64,000 nt of DNA from assembly GCF_009914755.1 (NCBI RefSeq), contig NC_060942.1, one strand, 5' to 3'. The notes beneath the pieces are model-generated. The model was given only the letters and a program-made list of their open reading frames with translations, had not been told where the DNA came from and did no database searches. Positions 13,775-27,430 of this stretch are shown piece after piece (position 1 is the stretch's first letter; every line of letters begins with the position of its first letter). Both the position numbers and the translations under genes were made by a program. The DNA is from the human T2T-CHM13v2.0 reference genome, Homo sapiens.

Positions 13775-13824
13775 CAGACAGACAGACAGACAGGCAGGCA
13801 GGCAGGCAGGCAGACAGACAGACA

Positions 13825-13866
<42 letters not shown>
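13775..13866. repeat. Compound STR (CAGA)4(CAGG)5(CAGA)4(CA)20
   Basis: Counted directly. Confidence 0.97.
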
Positions 13867-13869
<3 letters not shown>

Positions 13870-14280
13870 CCCTCCTTCCTTTTTCTGGTAAACAGTACTG
13901 CAGGGAGAGATGAAGCAGCCTGTCACTGCCTACATTACAGTTTAAACTGGCCCATAATACTGGACAAAGATTCTTCCAAAAGTTCCTTTCTCTTTGCTGG
14001 TCCAAGCCTCTGATCTATGACCTAAGAATCTTAGTGGAATTGCATTTTCCTGTTGGAAAAAAAAAAAAAAAAAAAAAAAAAAAACACACACAAAAACCTG
14101 TCCACCAGAAAAATAAGGAAAGTTACAAAATATTTCCTTGTGTTCCAAAAACCAAATTCAGGATGGTTCCCAAAGTTTCTTAATTGTATCCCTTGGGTCT
14201 TCCAAACTAACTCCTAAAATCCATCTAACTAAAAACTAAAAACTAAAATTAACTAAAAGAACAAATCTGGTGTTGACAAG

Positions 14281-15962
14281 TTTTTTGTCTTATTATTATT
14301 ATACTTTAAGTTATGGGATACATGTACAGAAGGTACAGGTTTGTTACATAGGTATACACGTGCCATGGTGGTTTGCTGCACCCATCAACCTGCCATCTAC
14401 ATTAGGTATTTCTCCTAATGCTATCCCCTCCTCTAGCCCCTTACCCACCGACAGGCCCTAATGTGTGATGTTCCCTGCCCTGTGTCCATGTGTTCTCATT
14501 GCTCAGCTCCCACTTATTAGTGAGATCATGAAGTGTTTGGTTTTCTGTTCCTGTGTTAATTTGCTGAGAATGATGGTTTCCAGCTTCATCCATGTCCCTG
14601 CAAAGGACATGAATTCATCTTTTTTATGGCTGCATAGTATTCCATGGTATATATGTGCCACAATTTGTTTATCCAGTCTATCACTGATGGGCATTTGGGT
14701 TGGTTCCAAGTCTTTTCTATGTGAATAGTGCTGCAGTAAACATATGTGTGCATGTGTCTTTATAGTAGAATAATTTATAATCCTTTGGGTGTGTATACCC
14801 AGTAATGGGATTGCTGCGTCAAATGGTATTTCTGGTTCTAGATCCTTGAGGAATCACCACACTGTCTTCCACAATGGCTGAACTAATTTACACTCCCACC
14901 AACAGTATAAAAGCATTCCTATTTCTCCACATCCTCTCCAGCATCTGTTGTTTCCTGACTTTTTAATGATCACCATTCTAAGTGGCATGAGATGGTATCT
15001 CATTGTGGTTTTGATTTGCATTTCTCTAATGACCAGTGATGATGAGCTTTCATATGTTTGTTGGCTGCATAAATATCTTCTTTTGAGAAGTGTCTGTTCA
15101 TATCCTCCCACTTTTTGATGGGGTTGTTTGCTTTTTTTCTTGTAAATTTAAGTTCTTGTAGATTCTGGATATTAGCCTTCTGTCAGTGGATAGATTGCAA
15201 AAATTTTCTCCCATTCTGTAGGTTGCCTGTTCACTTTGATGATAGTTTCTTTTGCTGTGCAGAAGCTCTTTAGTGTAATTAGATCCCATTTGTCAATTTT
15301 GGCTTTTGTTGTCATTGCTTTTGATGTTTTAGTCATGGAATCTTTGCCCATGCCTATGTCCTGAATGGTATTGCCTAGGTTTTCTTCTAGGGTTTTTATG
15401 ATTTTAGGTCTTACATTTAGCTCTTTAATCCATCTTGAGTTAATTTTTGTATAAGGTGTAAGGAAGGGGTCCAGTTTCAGTTTTCTGCACATGGTTAGCC
15501 AGTTTTCCCAACACCACTGATTAAATAGGGAATCCTTTCCCTGTTGCTTGTTTGTGTCAGGTTTGTCAAAGATCAGATGGCTGTAAATGTGTGGTGTTAT
15601 TTCTGAGGCCTCTGTTCTGTTCCATTGGTCCATGTATCTGTTTTGGTACCAGTACCATGCTGTTTTGGTTACTGTAGTCTTATAGTATAGTTTGAAGTCA
15701 GGTAGCATGATGCCTCCAGCTTTGTTCTTTTTGCTCAGGATTGTCTTGGCTATACAGGCTCTTTTTTGGTTCCATATGAAATTTAAAGCAGTTTTTTCTA
15801 ATTCTGTGAAGAAAGTCAATGGTAGCTTGATGGGGATGGCATTGAAACTATAAATTACTTTGGGCAGTACAGCCATTTTCACAATATTGATTCTTTCTAT
15901 CCATGAGCATGGAATGTTTTTCCATTTGTTCATGTCTTCTCTTATTTCCTTGATCAGTGGTT
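14281..15962 (-). mobile_element. 5'-truncated L1PA7/8-like element, same strand as DYM
   Basis: ORF 15172-15972 and frameshifted continuations are L1 ORF2p; degenerate TSD gttgacaa(ttcaa)gtttttt next to a TTTT/AA site. Confidence 0.95.
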
Positions 15963-16710
15963 GACAATTCAAGTTTTTTAAAGAAGTACTGACTGAAGAC
16001 TACTTATCCTTAACATTCAAAATGTGAAGAGGACATAAAGTATGAAACATCAATAAAAATAATAATCAAGGAAAAAATAAACCTCATTTTTAAAAAATGA
16101 ACTCAAATGCTTGATAAATTTATCAAGATTGAATGAAATAGAGGTAAGTTACTGCTTTTTCATATTAAACATGCTACTTGCTAAACTATAAATGATTTCT
16201 TACATCTAACAAACATATTACAAAACACTATTCAATCAGAACTATACCAAAAAAAAAGATACTATGCACTGTCAGCCACAGTTACAAAAATCTCCTAAAA
16301 GGGGCATATCATATATTTTAAAACTGTAATACTGATACAAACCATATACCATGAAAGAATTAAGGAGAAGGCAGGTCAGATAGCAGAGATGTATAAAAAT
16401 TCTGCTAGAGATGTTCAGTCAACATCTATAAAAGGCTAACGGTCAATAGACACGTAATGAGTTCCTGTTAGGGTCAGGTCCCATGCTAGGAACCAAAAAT
16501 ACAAAGAAGAAACACTCTTCCTTTGGGGAAAGTAATGAGGATACAAGCATTAAAACGACTGCATATAAACTGATTTTTACTTCCATCATGACCCAACAAA
16601 TACATCTAAATCTTAAAACACCCATGCTTTTCCTACATAAGTATAGTAAAATAATAAGGAAAGAAAGTTTCACCAAAAAAGTTATTGAACATGCATTTCA
16701 GGACAAACAC

Positions 16711-17179
16711 TGTGGCAGAGCTACTTGACCTCCACACCATGCTCCCTTTCTTCTTTTTGATAAAAATAAAATTTTAAAACTTTAGATTTAGCTGGGTAGG
16801 ACTACATTTCCCAGTCTTTCTTGAAGCAACAAAATATGTCTGCATGACTAAATTCCAACAAATGGGCTATGAACGGGAGCAGCACATGCAACTTTCAGGT
16901 CATATCCTTAAAAGGAAGCTATTTTCTCCTCACATCCTTATCCTTGCCATTGGCTAGAACCCAGGCATAGTGTTGGGAGCCAAACCATGTATGAGGACAC
17001 TGCAGGAGGAATGGTAAAACAAGATTGGAGGAACTTTGGTCCCTGGATAACCTCAGAAAGCAAGCCTGCCTCTAGACTAGTTTAGACTTCCATGTGAGAG
17101 AAATATAAGCCTTCTCTCTTGTTTAAACTACTGGTGTCTGGTCTCTACTAAAAGCCAAACCGATATCCTAACTAATGCA
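16711..17179 (+). mobile_element. MLT1J-like MaLR solo LTR
   Basis: tgtggcaga start, gactacatttcccag motif, cctaactaatgca end. Confidence 0.7.
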
Positions 17180-17372
17180 GGTATGTATTATAAAATTCCA
17201 GAATATTATTGCTTTTTAAAAAAATTCTTGGCTCATCACAATTTTTTAAGCTTGTTATTTCAAGATAATTGTAGATTTACATGCTTTGCTAAAAAAAAAA
17301 ATACACAGGTATTCCATGTGCACTTTACCCAGCTTCCTCTAATGGTAGTATCTTTTAAAACCAAAACCGTTC

Positions 17373-17678
17373 TTATTTATTTATTTATTTATTTATTTTG
17401 AGACAGAGTTTCACTCTGTTTCCCAGGCTGGAGTGCAGTGGCGTGATCTCGCTAACTGCAACTTCCACCTCCTGGATTCAAGCAATTCTCCTGCCTCAGC
17501 CTTCTGAGTAGCTGGGATTAGTAGTGGGTGGCAGGTGCCACCACACCCAGCTAATTTTTGTATTTTTAGTAGAGACAGGGTTTTGCCATGGTGGCCAGGA
17601 TGGTCTCAAACTCCTGGCCTCAGGTGATCTGCCCACCTCAGCCTCCCAACGTGCTAGGATTACAGGCACGAGCCACCC
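17373..17678 (-). mobile_element. AluSx
   Basis: Reverse Alu with (TTTA)n tail; degenerate TSD caaaacc...tattt. Confidence 0.93.
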
Positions 17679-18699
17679 AAAACCATACTATTTCTAGCTA
17701 GAAGCATTCATATGGAAAAAAATATTTGTCTGATGATCAGTTAATTTCTTCAAAGTTGATTTCTTTCAAGGGTCCTGACCAATCTATACTTTACCACAGA
17801 GGAAGCTTGCTGTGCCCAAATGTGTATTTGCTGCCTATGTACTTGTATACATTCATTTCATCATTTATTAAGGGCCTGCTATGGATTGAGCAAAGTACAA
17901 AAAACTGGATTAGACATGATGTACCAAAAAGACACTAATGCCCTACCCACGCAGCTTCAGTCTAAAGGAGAAACTAACATGAAACAGAGACAGATAAATA
18001 AACTGCAGTCAGTTTGTCGGGGGGAATAAGAAAAATTACCTAAATGTCATGACTATTGGTGGGGGGAAATAGTTCAGAGATCTATCAATGACTAGAACTG
18101 ACCATTGGTTGATGGACTTTTTACTAAATGTTTAGATTCAACCAAGAATGCCATTCTATTTCCTACCTTTTTAAAATTTTCTCTCATTTCTCTCTTTTTT
18201 CCTTGCTTAGAAAATTCTTCAAGGTCCAAGTCACAGTCATTTGTTCTAATACAAAGCAAAAAATAACTATTCTTTCCTCTCTTCTCTCATAGCACACTGG
18301 CTATATCTCCTATGATCATCTGCACCACTGTCTGACTTGGATTATACTTATGTGTATTATATATACACAAGTCTTCCTGTAGACTCCTTGAAGAGAAAGA
18401 GCTGTCTCTTTTTCACATTCTATAAATCTTGGAGGGCTCCAACTTATAAACTTAATTTATTCCTTCACAAAGTACTTACTGAAGGATGTTTTTAAAGTGT
18501 ACAAGTAATAAGAATTTTATATTTGCTATTTAAAGGAAAAGGATGTTATCTTCAAAGTTCTAAATATAGGTGTCAATTGGCTTTAATCCTATATTTTAAG
18601 TTGTAATACTTTAACACTGATGAGGGCACTAGGAGATGGGTACTTTCAGACACTAGTGGTAGGATGAAGTATAAATATATACTGTACTTAAATTATTTA

Positions 18700-19035
18700 A
18701 TAGAATGAAATTAGTTGTCATAAAAATGAACAAACTATGCTTCATGCAGAAATGTGGATGAATTTCACAAATAAACGAAGTAAAACACAAAAGAATACAT
18801 CAATATAAAGTTCAAAACCATGCAAGACTAACCTAGCGTATTAGAAGTTGGGATAGTGATATCCTCAGTGGTTGGGAAGGCAGAGTGAAGATGAGAGTAT
18901 TGGAGAGAGGGTTCTGGAGTGCTGGAATTCTTTCACCTGACTGAACACATTCACTTTATAATAATTACTTGAGCCACATGCTAATTATGCACTTTTCTAT
19001 ATGTTACACTTAAATAAAAAGTTTACCATTAAGAA
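18700..19035 (+). mobile_element. Old L1M 3'-end fragment
   Basis: tggatgaatttcacaaa ... tgcacttttctatatgtt ... aataaaaagttt. Confidence 0.6.
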
Positions 19036-19703
19036 AAAGAAAAACACTGTATGTATCCCTTTTTGTAAAATGATTATGATAATAATGATAATGGGTATAT
19101 ATCATGCTTCAAGTGCTTATGTTTTTATGTTGGGTGATTTTTTTTCCTCATCAAAATACTTTGATTTCTAAAATGAACACACAACAAAAGAAACAATAAA
19201 ATTTAATTAGAAAAAAATTAATAGAATAGCCTTAGAACAACAATGTTTCCTAAAACAAACAGTGTTGGTGTAATCAGAAAAAAAAAAGCATACTTGATGT
19301 TGCATCTTTATTAAAGGGCATAATCCTCAAGTATCACTTTTTCTATTTAATCAACATATATATTAAGAAAACACAGTCTCCAACACCTATTTTTGCCAGC
19401 CTAAAAATGCATGTAAAACAGTAACATACACAACCTTGAATGACAGCCAATCATGTTATAATGCTAGGAAAGGGGAAAAAAGGGTCACTAATAGTTTCAC
19501 CTTTTTACATGTATTTACACTTAAAGCACTCTTGAAATATCTGGTGACTGCTAGTTCCTAAAACAGATTTGAGTCAAATTCAATTTTCCTAACACAAAAC
19601 ACGATTTTACTAACCCATCCTGTCTCCAAAAGGAATGCTTTGACCATCTCAAGAAAGAAAAAAAACACATGGGCGAACAAAGAAAAATGTTTTTTAAAAC
19701 TCA

Positions 19704-20077
<374 letters not shown>

Positions 20078-21219
20078 TTATAATCTGGCATAATATATGT
20101 CATATGGAAGTTTTTTTTAAGTTTAATTCCTTGAAGAATAGAAAATAGAACTGTTTCCAAAAAGTTGAAAAAAATCCACTGAAATATTTCAGTAATTATG
20201 AAGATCGATTCCTGTTTACTTGTTTTCTAAAATGAACAACCATGAAAGGTACTAGAATTCAACTGTCTCAGTAAAACTCTTGGTTCACATATCCCTACAA
20301 TAAACATTTATGAGAAACTTAGATGACGCAGGTAGTATTTTAAAATGTGAAGCATAAAAGGAAACAAAATAAATGTAAAAGCCTTGTGCCCTCAGAGATA
20401 AATCCTATCTCACCCACATATGCAAAAAGAATAAACAAATTAACTATGATCCATGAAACAGGAAAGGGTGCTGTGAGCTCAGAGGGGCAGACAACCCTTC
20501 CTTTAAACAAGTCTGAGTCCGGTTCCCAGAAACTTCATTCCATATGTCCCAATGTCATCCCCTAAAGCAGTGTTTCCCAAAATGGTACACGGATCAATGA
20601 TGATGGTGTAAGCAGAGGAAAACTTTTTAAAAAAATCTTTAATAGTTATGTATATTAGACATATATAACTAGCACATCAATCTCAGAAGATCAAGGACTT
20701 TCCCACATAGTACAAGAATAAAGTAAATAATAAGCTTACAATTTTGAAAAAGTAAGTCATTCTAAAGTGAACTAAGTAAACTGGAATTCAAGTTGTACTC
20801 ATATAAGACAAAATCGTGGCAGTGGCATGGATGTGGCTAAAGTTTTGGAAATATTACCCTTTAGGAAAACAGACAAGTCTTTAAGCATCTGATAGTGTAT
20901 ACCACCACCAGAGACTCCTTCTTCAAACAAAACAAGCCCTGTTCCTAAAACAGTTCCTTTACGATATACAGACTTTAACCTTGCAACACCCTGTCCACCC
21001 TCCACTACTAAACAACCCTGACATGCATACCCATCTTTCCTGCTAAACTGTGGGTTCCCTGAGAGAGGGCCTTCCCTCCTTCACCATGGTTTGATTCCTT
21101 TGTACTCCTAGGATCTAGCACAATCTTTTGTATTACATTAAATAGGAAAACAATGAGAATTATTTAAATTTTGCATTTTTACAGATGATTTTTTACATTT
21201 TATATAAAAATATTCATAT

Positions 21220-21738
<519 letters not shown>

Positions 21739-21776
21739 TCAATTTGGAAACTACAAATAAAAGTTTTTACATAGTA

Positions 21777-22072
21777 GGCCGGGTGCCATGGCTCACTCCT
21801 GTAATCCTAGCACTCTGGGAGGCTGAGGTGGGCCGGTTCCCTGAGCTCAGGAGTTTGAGACCAGCCTGGGCAACATAGTGAAACCTCATCTCTACTAAAA
21901 CACTAAAAATTAGCCAGGCATGGTGGCGCATGCCTGTAGTCCCAGCTACTTGAGAGGCTGACACAGGAGAACTGCTTGAACCTGGGAAGCGGAAATTAGA
22001 GTAAGTTGATGTTCGTGCCACTGCACTCAAGCCTGGACAATAGAGCAAGACTCAGTCTCCAAAAAAAAAAAG
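21777..22072 (+). mobile_element. Alu (S/J)
   Basis: Alu dimer; TSD aaRgtttYtacatagta. Confidence 0.94.
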
Positions 22073-22697
22073 GTTTCTACATAGTAAAATCTTAGGCTAA
22101 CTGCTTATATTGCAAAAACTCAAGTGAACTTGAGTTCTACTTGTGAAGCAGTAAATATAAACCGAATTACAGCAGATGTAATAAAGTACATTGTATAGAT
22201 ATATTCCTACCTGTGGTGAGTCATGTTTTCCATATAGGTCTCTGGCTGTTAGTTTTTCTGGGAATTAAGGATTGGTTCTGTGCAATATCATCATGGGCCA
22301 AAAGTAAAGGAATCCTTGAGTAACTACTACTCCCTAGTTGAAAGTAATATTCAAGGAAAGATAGAAAGAGTTTCTTCCCCAAACTCTTATTTTGATTTTA
22401 TTGATAATACCAAGAAGAAAGCCTGAGTTATGGAGCACGGTGCCTCAAACCTTAAAGTTAGCAATAGTAAAGTCATCAACCTAAGGAGAGGAATAAGATG
22501 GGAGTTCTGGAAGCACTGGAAAACTAAAATCTTTGAAAGAAAGGGACACATGTAAGTATTTGAAAAAGAAGATTTCAAATTAATAAATCAAGGGGTCTTC
22601 ATTCTAATATGGGGTCTTTATTATGGGGGTTTCCATGTATGCATGTTAAATAAATGTGTATGCCTTTACTCCTTAAAAAGAATTAAGAAGGTTCCTG

Positions 22698-23033
<336 letters not shown>

Positions 23034-25859
23034 TTACATGTAGTAAATGTGAAATATGCAAATAGGAGTGATAGGAATGATCTGAAAGTATTTATGAAAT
23101 TGAAAAACTATCCCCAAAGCATTCAATTCATTTCAACAAGCAGTTAATAAGCATACACTAACACTAGTAGTCTCCAAAGCTGGTGAGGAAAGAAAATATT
23201 AGAGCTTTGTTTTTCATCTCAGAAATATGCAGCAGCTAAGCTTCAGCAGTATGCATAATCCAGCCTGATAGTGGCACCTGCACTTGGTCTATCTGTCAGG
23301 AAGTCACAGTCATGTGTGGTGCCCTAGGTATTCTGAGAGAAGAGTGCAGCCCTGCCATGCAACAGGAGTGACAGGCACCCTCTCCTTCCTTCTCTCTCAC
23401 AAAATAAGACACATGGTGGTTCAGTGTGCATAATCCTACCACTTAGGTTTAACTAAACTGATTCTCATAAAATTCCATTTAAAAATAATGGAATCATAAA
23501 ACTATTTTAAAACTTGCGTGCAAAGAAATTCCAGATGAAATCATTAATGATCCGAGTACAAGCCAATGACAATGATACAAAAAAAGCTCTGTTAGCCATT
23601 TTTTGTGAGCTAAGAACAAAGACAATATTAATCAGATCTCTGAAGAAAACTGCTCTTCTATCCATTACCAAGACTCTCTGAAATACAGATTTACATCCAC
23701 CATTATTAACAATGAACATGGCTCTAAATAGATACTGTTCCTTGCAACATTAAACAATGATACCATTAAGCCATCATGATTAGCAAAGCATTTTATAAAA
23801 CTTATTCAGATGATTATTAATATTTTTCCAATATAAAAGATTTTCTTACTGTGAAAACACAATTTTAAAATGCTTTAAAAATTTTACTTAATTTTATCCT
23901 TGGAAAAATGTCAATCTGTAGATGTCATAATTAATATAACTATGCATTATATAATTTCTAAATCAATTAACCTAAATCAGGGGTGCTGCTTTAAAAGGTT
24001 ATATTGATGAGATATGTGATCCATAAAGTTTAAAGTCCATCATACTCAAGGAACTGTTGAAGGCGGAGGTGGGGGGACGAGTGAAAGAAGAGAAGTAAGG
24101 GGGAAGGAAAACAGTAGCTTCTGCTATTTAATGATGATCCACACAAATTACTACATTGAAATCTCACTAGCATTTTTATTCACCCAATTTTACCCATAAA
24201 GAATTAAAGCTCAAAGGAGTTAAGTCCCTTACTCACATAACAGAATGCTACGCAGATTTGCATCCATGCTGTTCCAACTCTAAAACTGATGCTCTCAACC
24301 ACCAGGCCATGCCTCTCCTACTCCAAAACCATAAAGGGAGCCCCTCATCCTGGCTGAAAATAATACAAGTTTAGAATCTGCCATAGAACAGAACTTCAGC
24401 ACCTGGGATTTAACAGGCCTAAATTCAATCTATTTGTTCTAGAGAATAGCATTTTGTGGTTTTCAGTGAGTCTAGCTCCAAATTATCTTCCCAGACTTCT
24501 CTCCCACTCCTTCATCCTCATCCACAGAACCCCATATCCAAAAGGAAACAGTTGCTAGTCCAAAAAGATGCAATTCTGTGGTTTTTGTGTTTGCTTGTTT
24601 TGATTTGTTGCCTCTTCTGCCATCTGTTCATCTTGGTATCACATCTGCATTTCCTGATTTCTCCTGAGGGACAATCTCTCTTAGGCATTTTGCCCCTTTC
24701 TTTATGGTTCATTCCTTCAACAAGCATTCACTAAACTGTCTCTTTGCAGGCCTGCTCAAATTCCTCAAAGAATAAATTGTTGTCACTACATTTAAGGTGC
24801 CCATGATTTTAAAGAAGAAAACGAGCAGGAATGTCATTCTAATACTGTATAATGAGAGGTTTACAAAGTCCTGTGGGAACACAGATGATGAAGTCTGCTA
24901 GGGAACTCCAGGAGAGCTTTCAAAAGAAGGCTGCCTATGACCTGGAGTGTGCTGGAGAGAGACAGATCTGCAAGTGGAGAGGAGGAAGGCATTTCAGTGT
25001 ATGGAATGATTAAAAGCTGGTCAGGTGTGACCCTTTGGTGCACGTGGCCCTTTGGCTGGAGCTGTGCAGTGAGGTAAGGCTGAAAAGAGAGGGCAGGCTC
25101 TGAGGTACCCACATGACAGTGCTTCCCACAGGATGTTCCACTGCCCAATTCTGAAGGACCACAGACAGGCCAAAAGTTCAAGTGCTTTCCTATATTCATA
25201 CAAATGAATGGCATAAAGTATGTATCTTTCATTTTCATTTTTACTACTATGATTAATACCAACTTAATATTAATTTACTAAATGAATTATGGGATATTGC
25301 ATTTGGTTTTCATATACATGGGGGGAAAATTACTAGCATTTACAGGACATCCTAACTAAGTCTCCTACAAAACAGTCTGGCTGCTATGCATGCAGTGCTT
25401 GTTTGTGCTGCAGAGCTCCTCATGCACATACATGCACACACAGACACACCACAGGTGTCTGGAATTCCTGCAGTTTGGAAGAAAGATGTTCTGTTACTGA
25501 TGCATTTGGCTTTATATTGGTCATAGTCTTCAACTGATGCACGCTAGCTTTTTCAATTATAAGTTTCTATTAACTTCAAAATGGTCAAAGATGGTTTTAG
25601 GTTCCCTGGTTAACCCTACACAATACAGAGATGCATGGACTGTTAAGACCATAGTCTGCCAACATCCTTCCCCTGCCAGGATATAAGGAACCAGCAGGAT
25701 ATAAAAGAGGCTCCCACAGCTCTCAACCCTTCAAGTAGGACACCCACTTCCCTGGCCAGGAGGCCAACAGCCTTAACCCAACAAATTGTCAACGGCTAGA
25801 ATCAGAACTCATTACCTACCTTCCCCTAAAACACCAACATTATCATATTATGCTTTATA

Positions 25860-27430
25860 TCCCTGTTCATTGCCCACAGCTCTCTTCATCCCAGCCCTTC
25901 CACTGAGCCTTCTGGAGCACACATTTTCATTAGGAAAAAACCTTCTATATTGTCAACCTCAGCCTCCTTGAATACCCTTGATCTAACAGAAACCTGGGTG
26001 TCCCCTGAGGACAGCTCTTTCTCAGAAGGCTTTTCAAATGGTGACCTCTTAGTTCTCTCTCCACAAGCCACGTACCATGGAGATGACTCTTCATTACTGC
26101 TTCCAAGTCATTTCTCCTCAAACATCCCAGCTACCTTGAAATAGCCCATCAGACTACTCCATCCATCAACGTTTCTTGCTCGAGTCATCTGCAGACATCA
26201 CCATCACTCCTGCTCATTTTCTGATAATCTGAGCACCTAGCTCACTGTCTTTCCCTCCACACTACTCCCGTGCTCATTTTGTAAATTTCTACGTCCCTGC
26301 AGACAAGGCACCCAACAACACAGCCTCTAAGTCCTTGATCTGCTTGCACTTCCTCTATTCTACCTCAGCTACCCAGCCCCTTAGTCTCATCCTGCCTAGA
26401 CATTCTCTCCACTGGTGACTGCACTGCCACTACAATTCTGAATTCATGCATTCCACTCCCTGACTACCACTTCCCAGCATTCAGGTCACTTCCTCTAGTC
26501 CTGACTCAAATAGTTTTTGACCCGCTCTGTTATCTCTACTACTTTTCTCATTGTCCATCGCCATCTCCATGTCCTCACTTCCCTCCTCACCCAACTAGGA
26601 TTCTGAAGTTCAGTACTGAAATCACTTTCTTGCTGATGCCTTCCCAATTCCCTCACTTCTCTTTTCCTCCATATTTGCCTGGCAAAACCCTAATCTTGAT
26701 TAAATCCAACTCTCCACCTACTCCATGTCCCAGGGCAGTTACATATAGCTGAAGAACAATATAACCATTCCACTTGCTCTTACTTTAAGTTCATCACCAC
26801 AAATCTCAAGTGCACCCCCAGCTCTGCCCAGCAATCCTACTACATTGACCTAGTCCCTGGGGAAACCTATTGTTCTCTTTAAACTTCTAACAACAATCCC
26901 TAATCTTCATGCTTAGCTGACTCTTACCTCTTTGTAACTGAAAGACAGAATCTATCAGAAGAGAACTACCTTGTCTTTCCACCTTAAAATCTACACATTC
27001 ACCTGTATCAACATGTACATTCTGCCTTCAGATGAAATATACTTCCTCCTATATTTAGGAATATCAATCTCTCTGTTTTGAATAAAATGTAAGCTCAATG
27101 AAATGTAGGCATTTAATAAATATTTGTGGAAATAAGCTGAATTATTCCTATCACAGTGTACAAATATGTAAAAATTTCCGATCAAAAACAAAAATAAAAA
27201 ACCTCCCTAGAATCCATGCACCCTTCCATTTGTTGCCTTATTTTTCTGCCTATACTCTGACTTCCTTTCTCCCTTAAACCCATCCTAATTAGCTTCCTAA
27301 ACACCATTCCAAATAAATGATTCATGACAAAGTAACCACCAAGCTCCATTGTACCAGCTCCATTCATTTACCAACAGTCCATTCTAAGTCCTCACCTTAC
27401 TTAATCACTTACTTAGATCTGCAACAAGTT
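25860..27430 (+). mobile_element. L2 LINE remnant including endonuclease-coding region
   Basis: C/T-rich L2-like sequence; residual frame LDLTETWVSPED resembles the L2/CR1 endonuclease LTETW motif. Confidence 0.65.

Noticed and set aside
15172-15972. 266-aa ORF on the DYM strand
   Set aside because: L1 ORF2 fragment followed by frameshifts
23507-23719. 70-aa minus-strand ORF as an extra DYM exon, or a snoRNA in this region
   Set aside because: No flanking donor, no recognisable protein, and no proper C/D box pair with terminal stem
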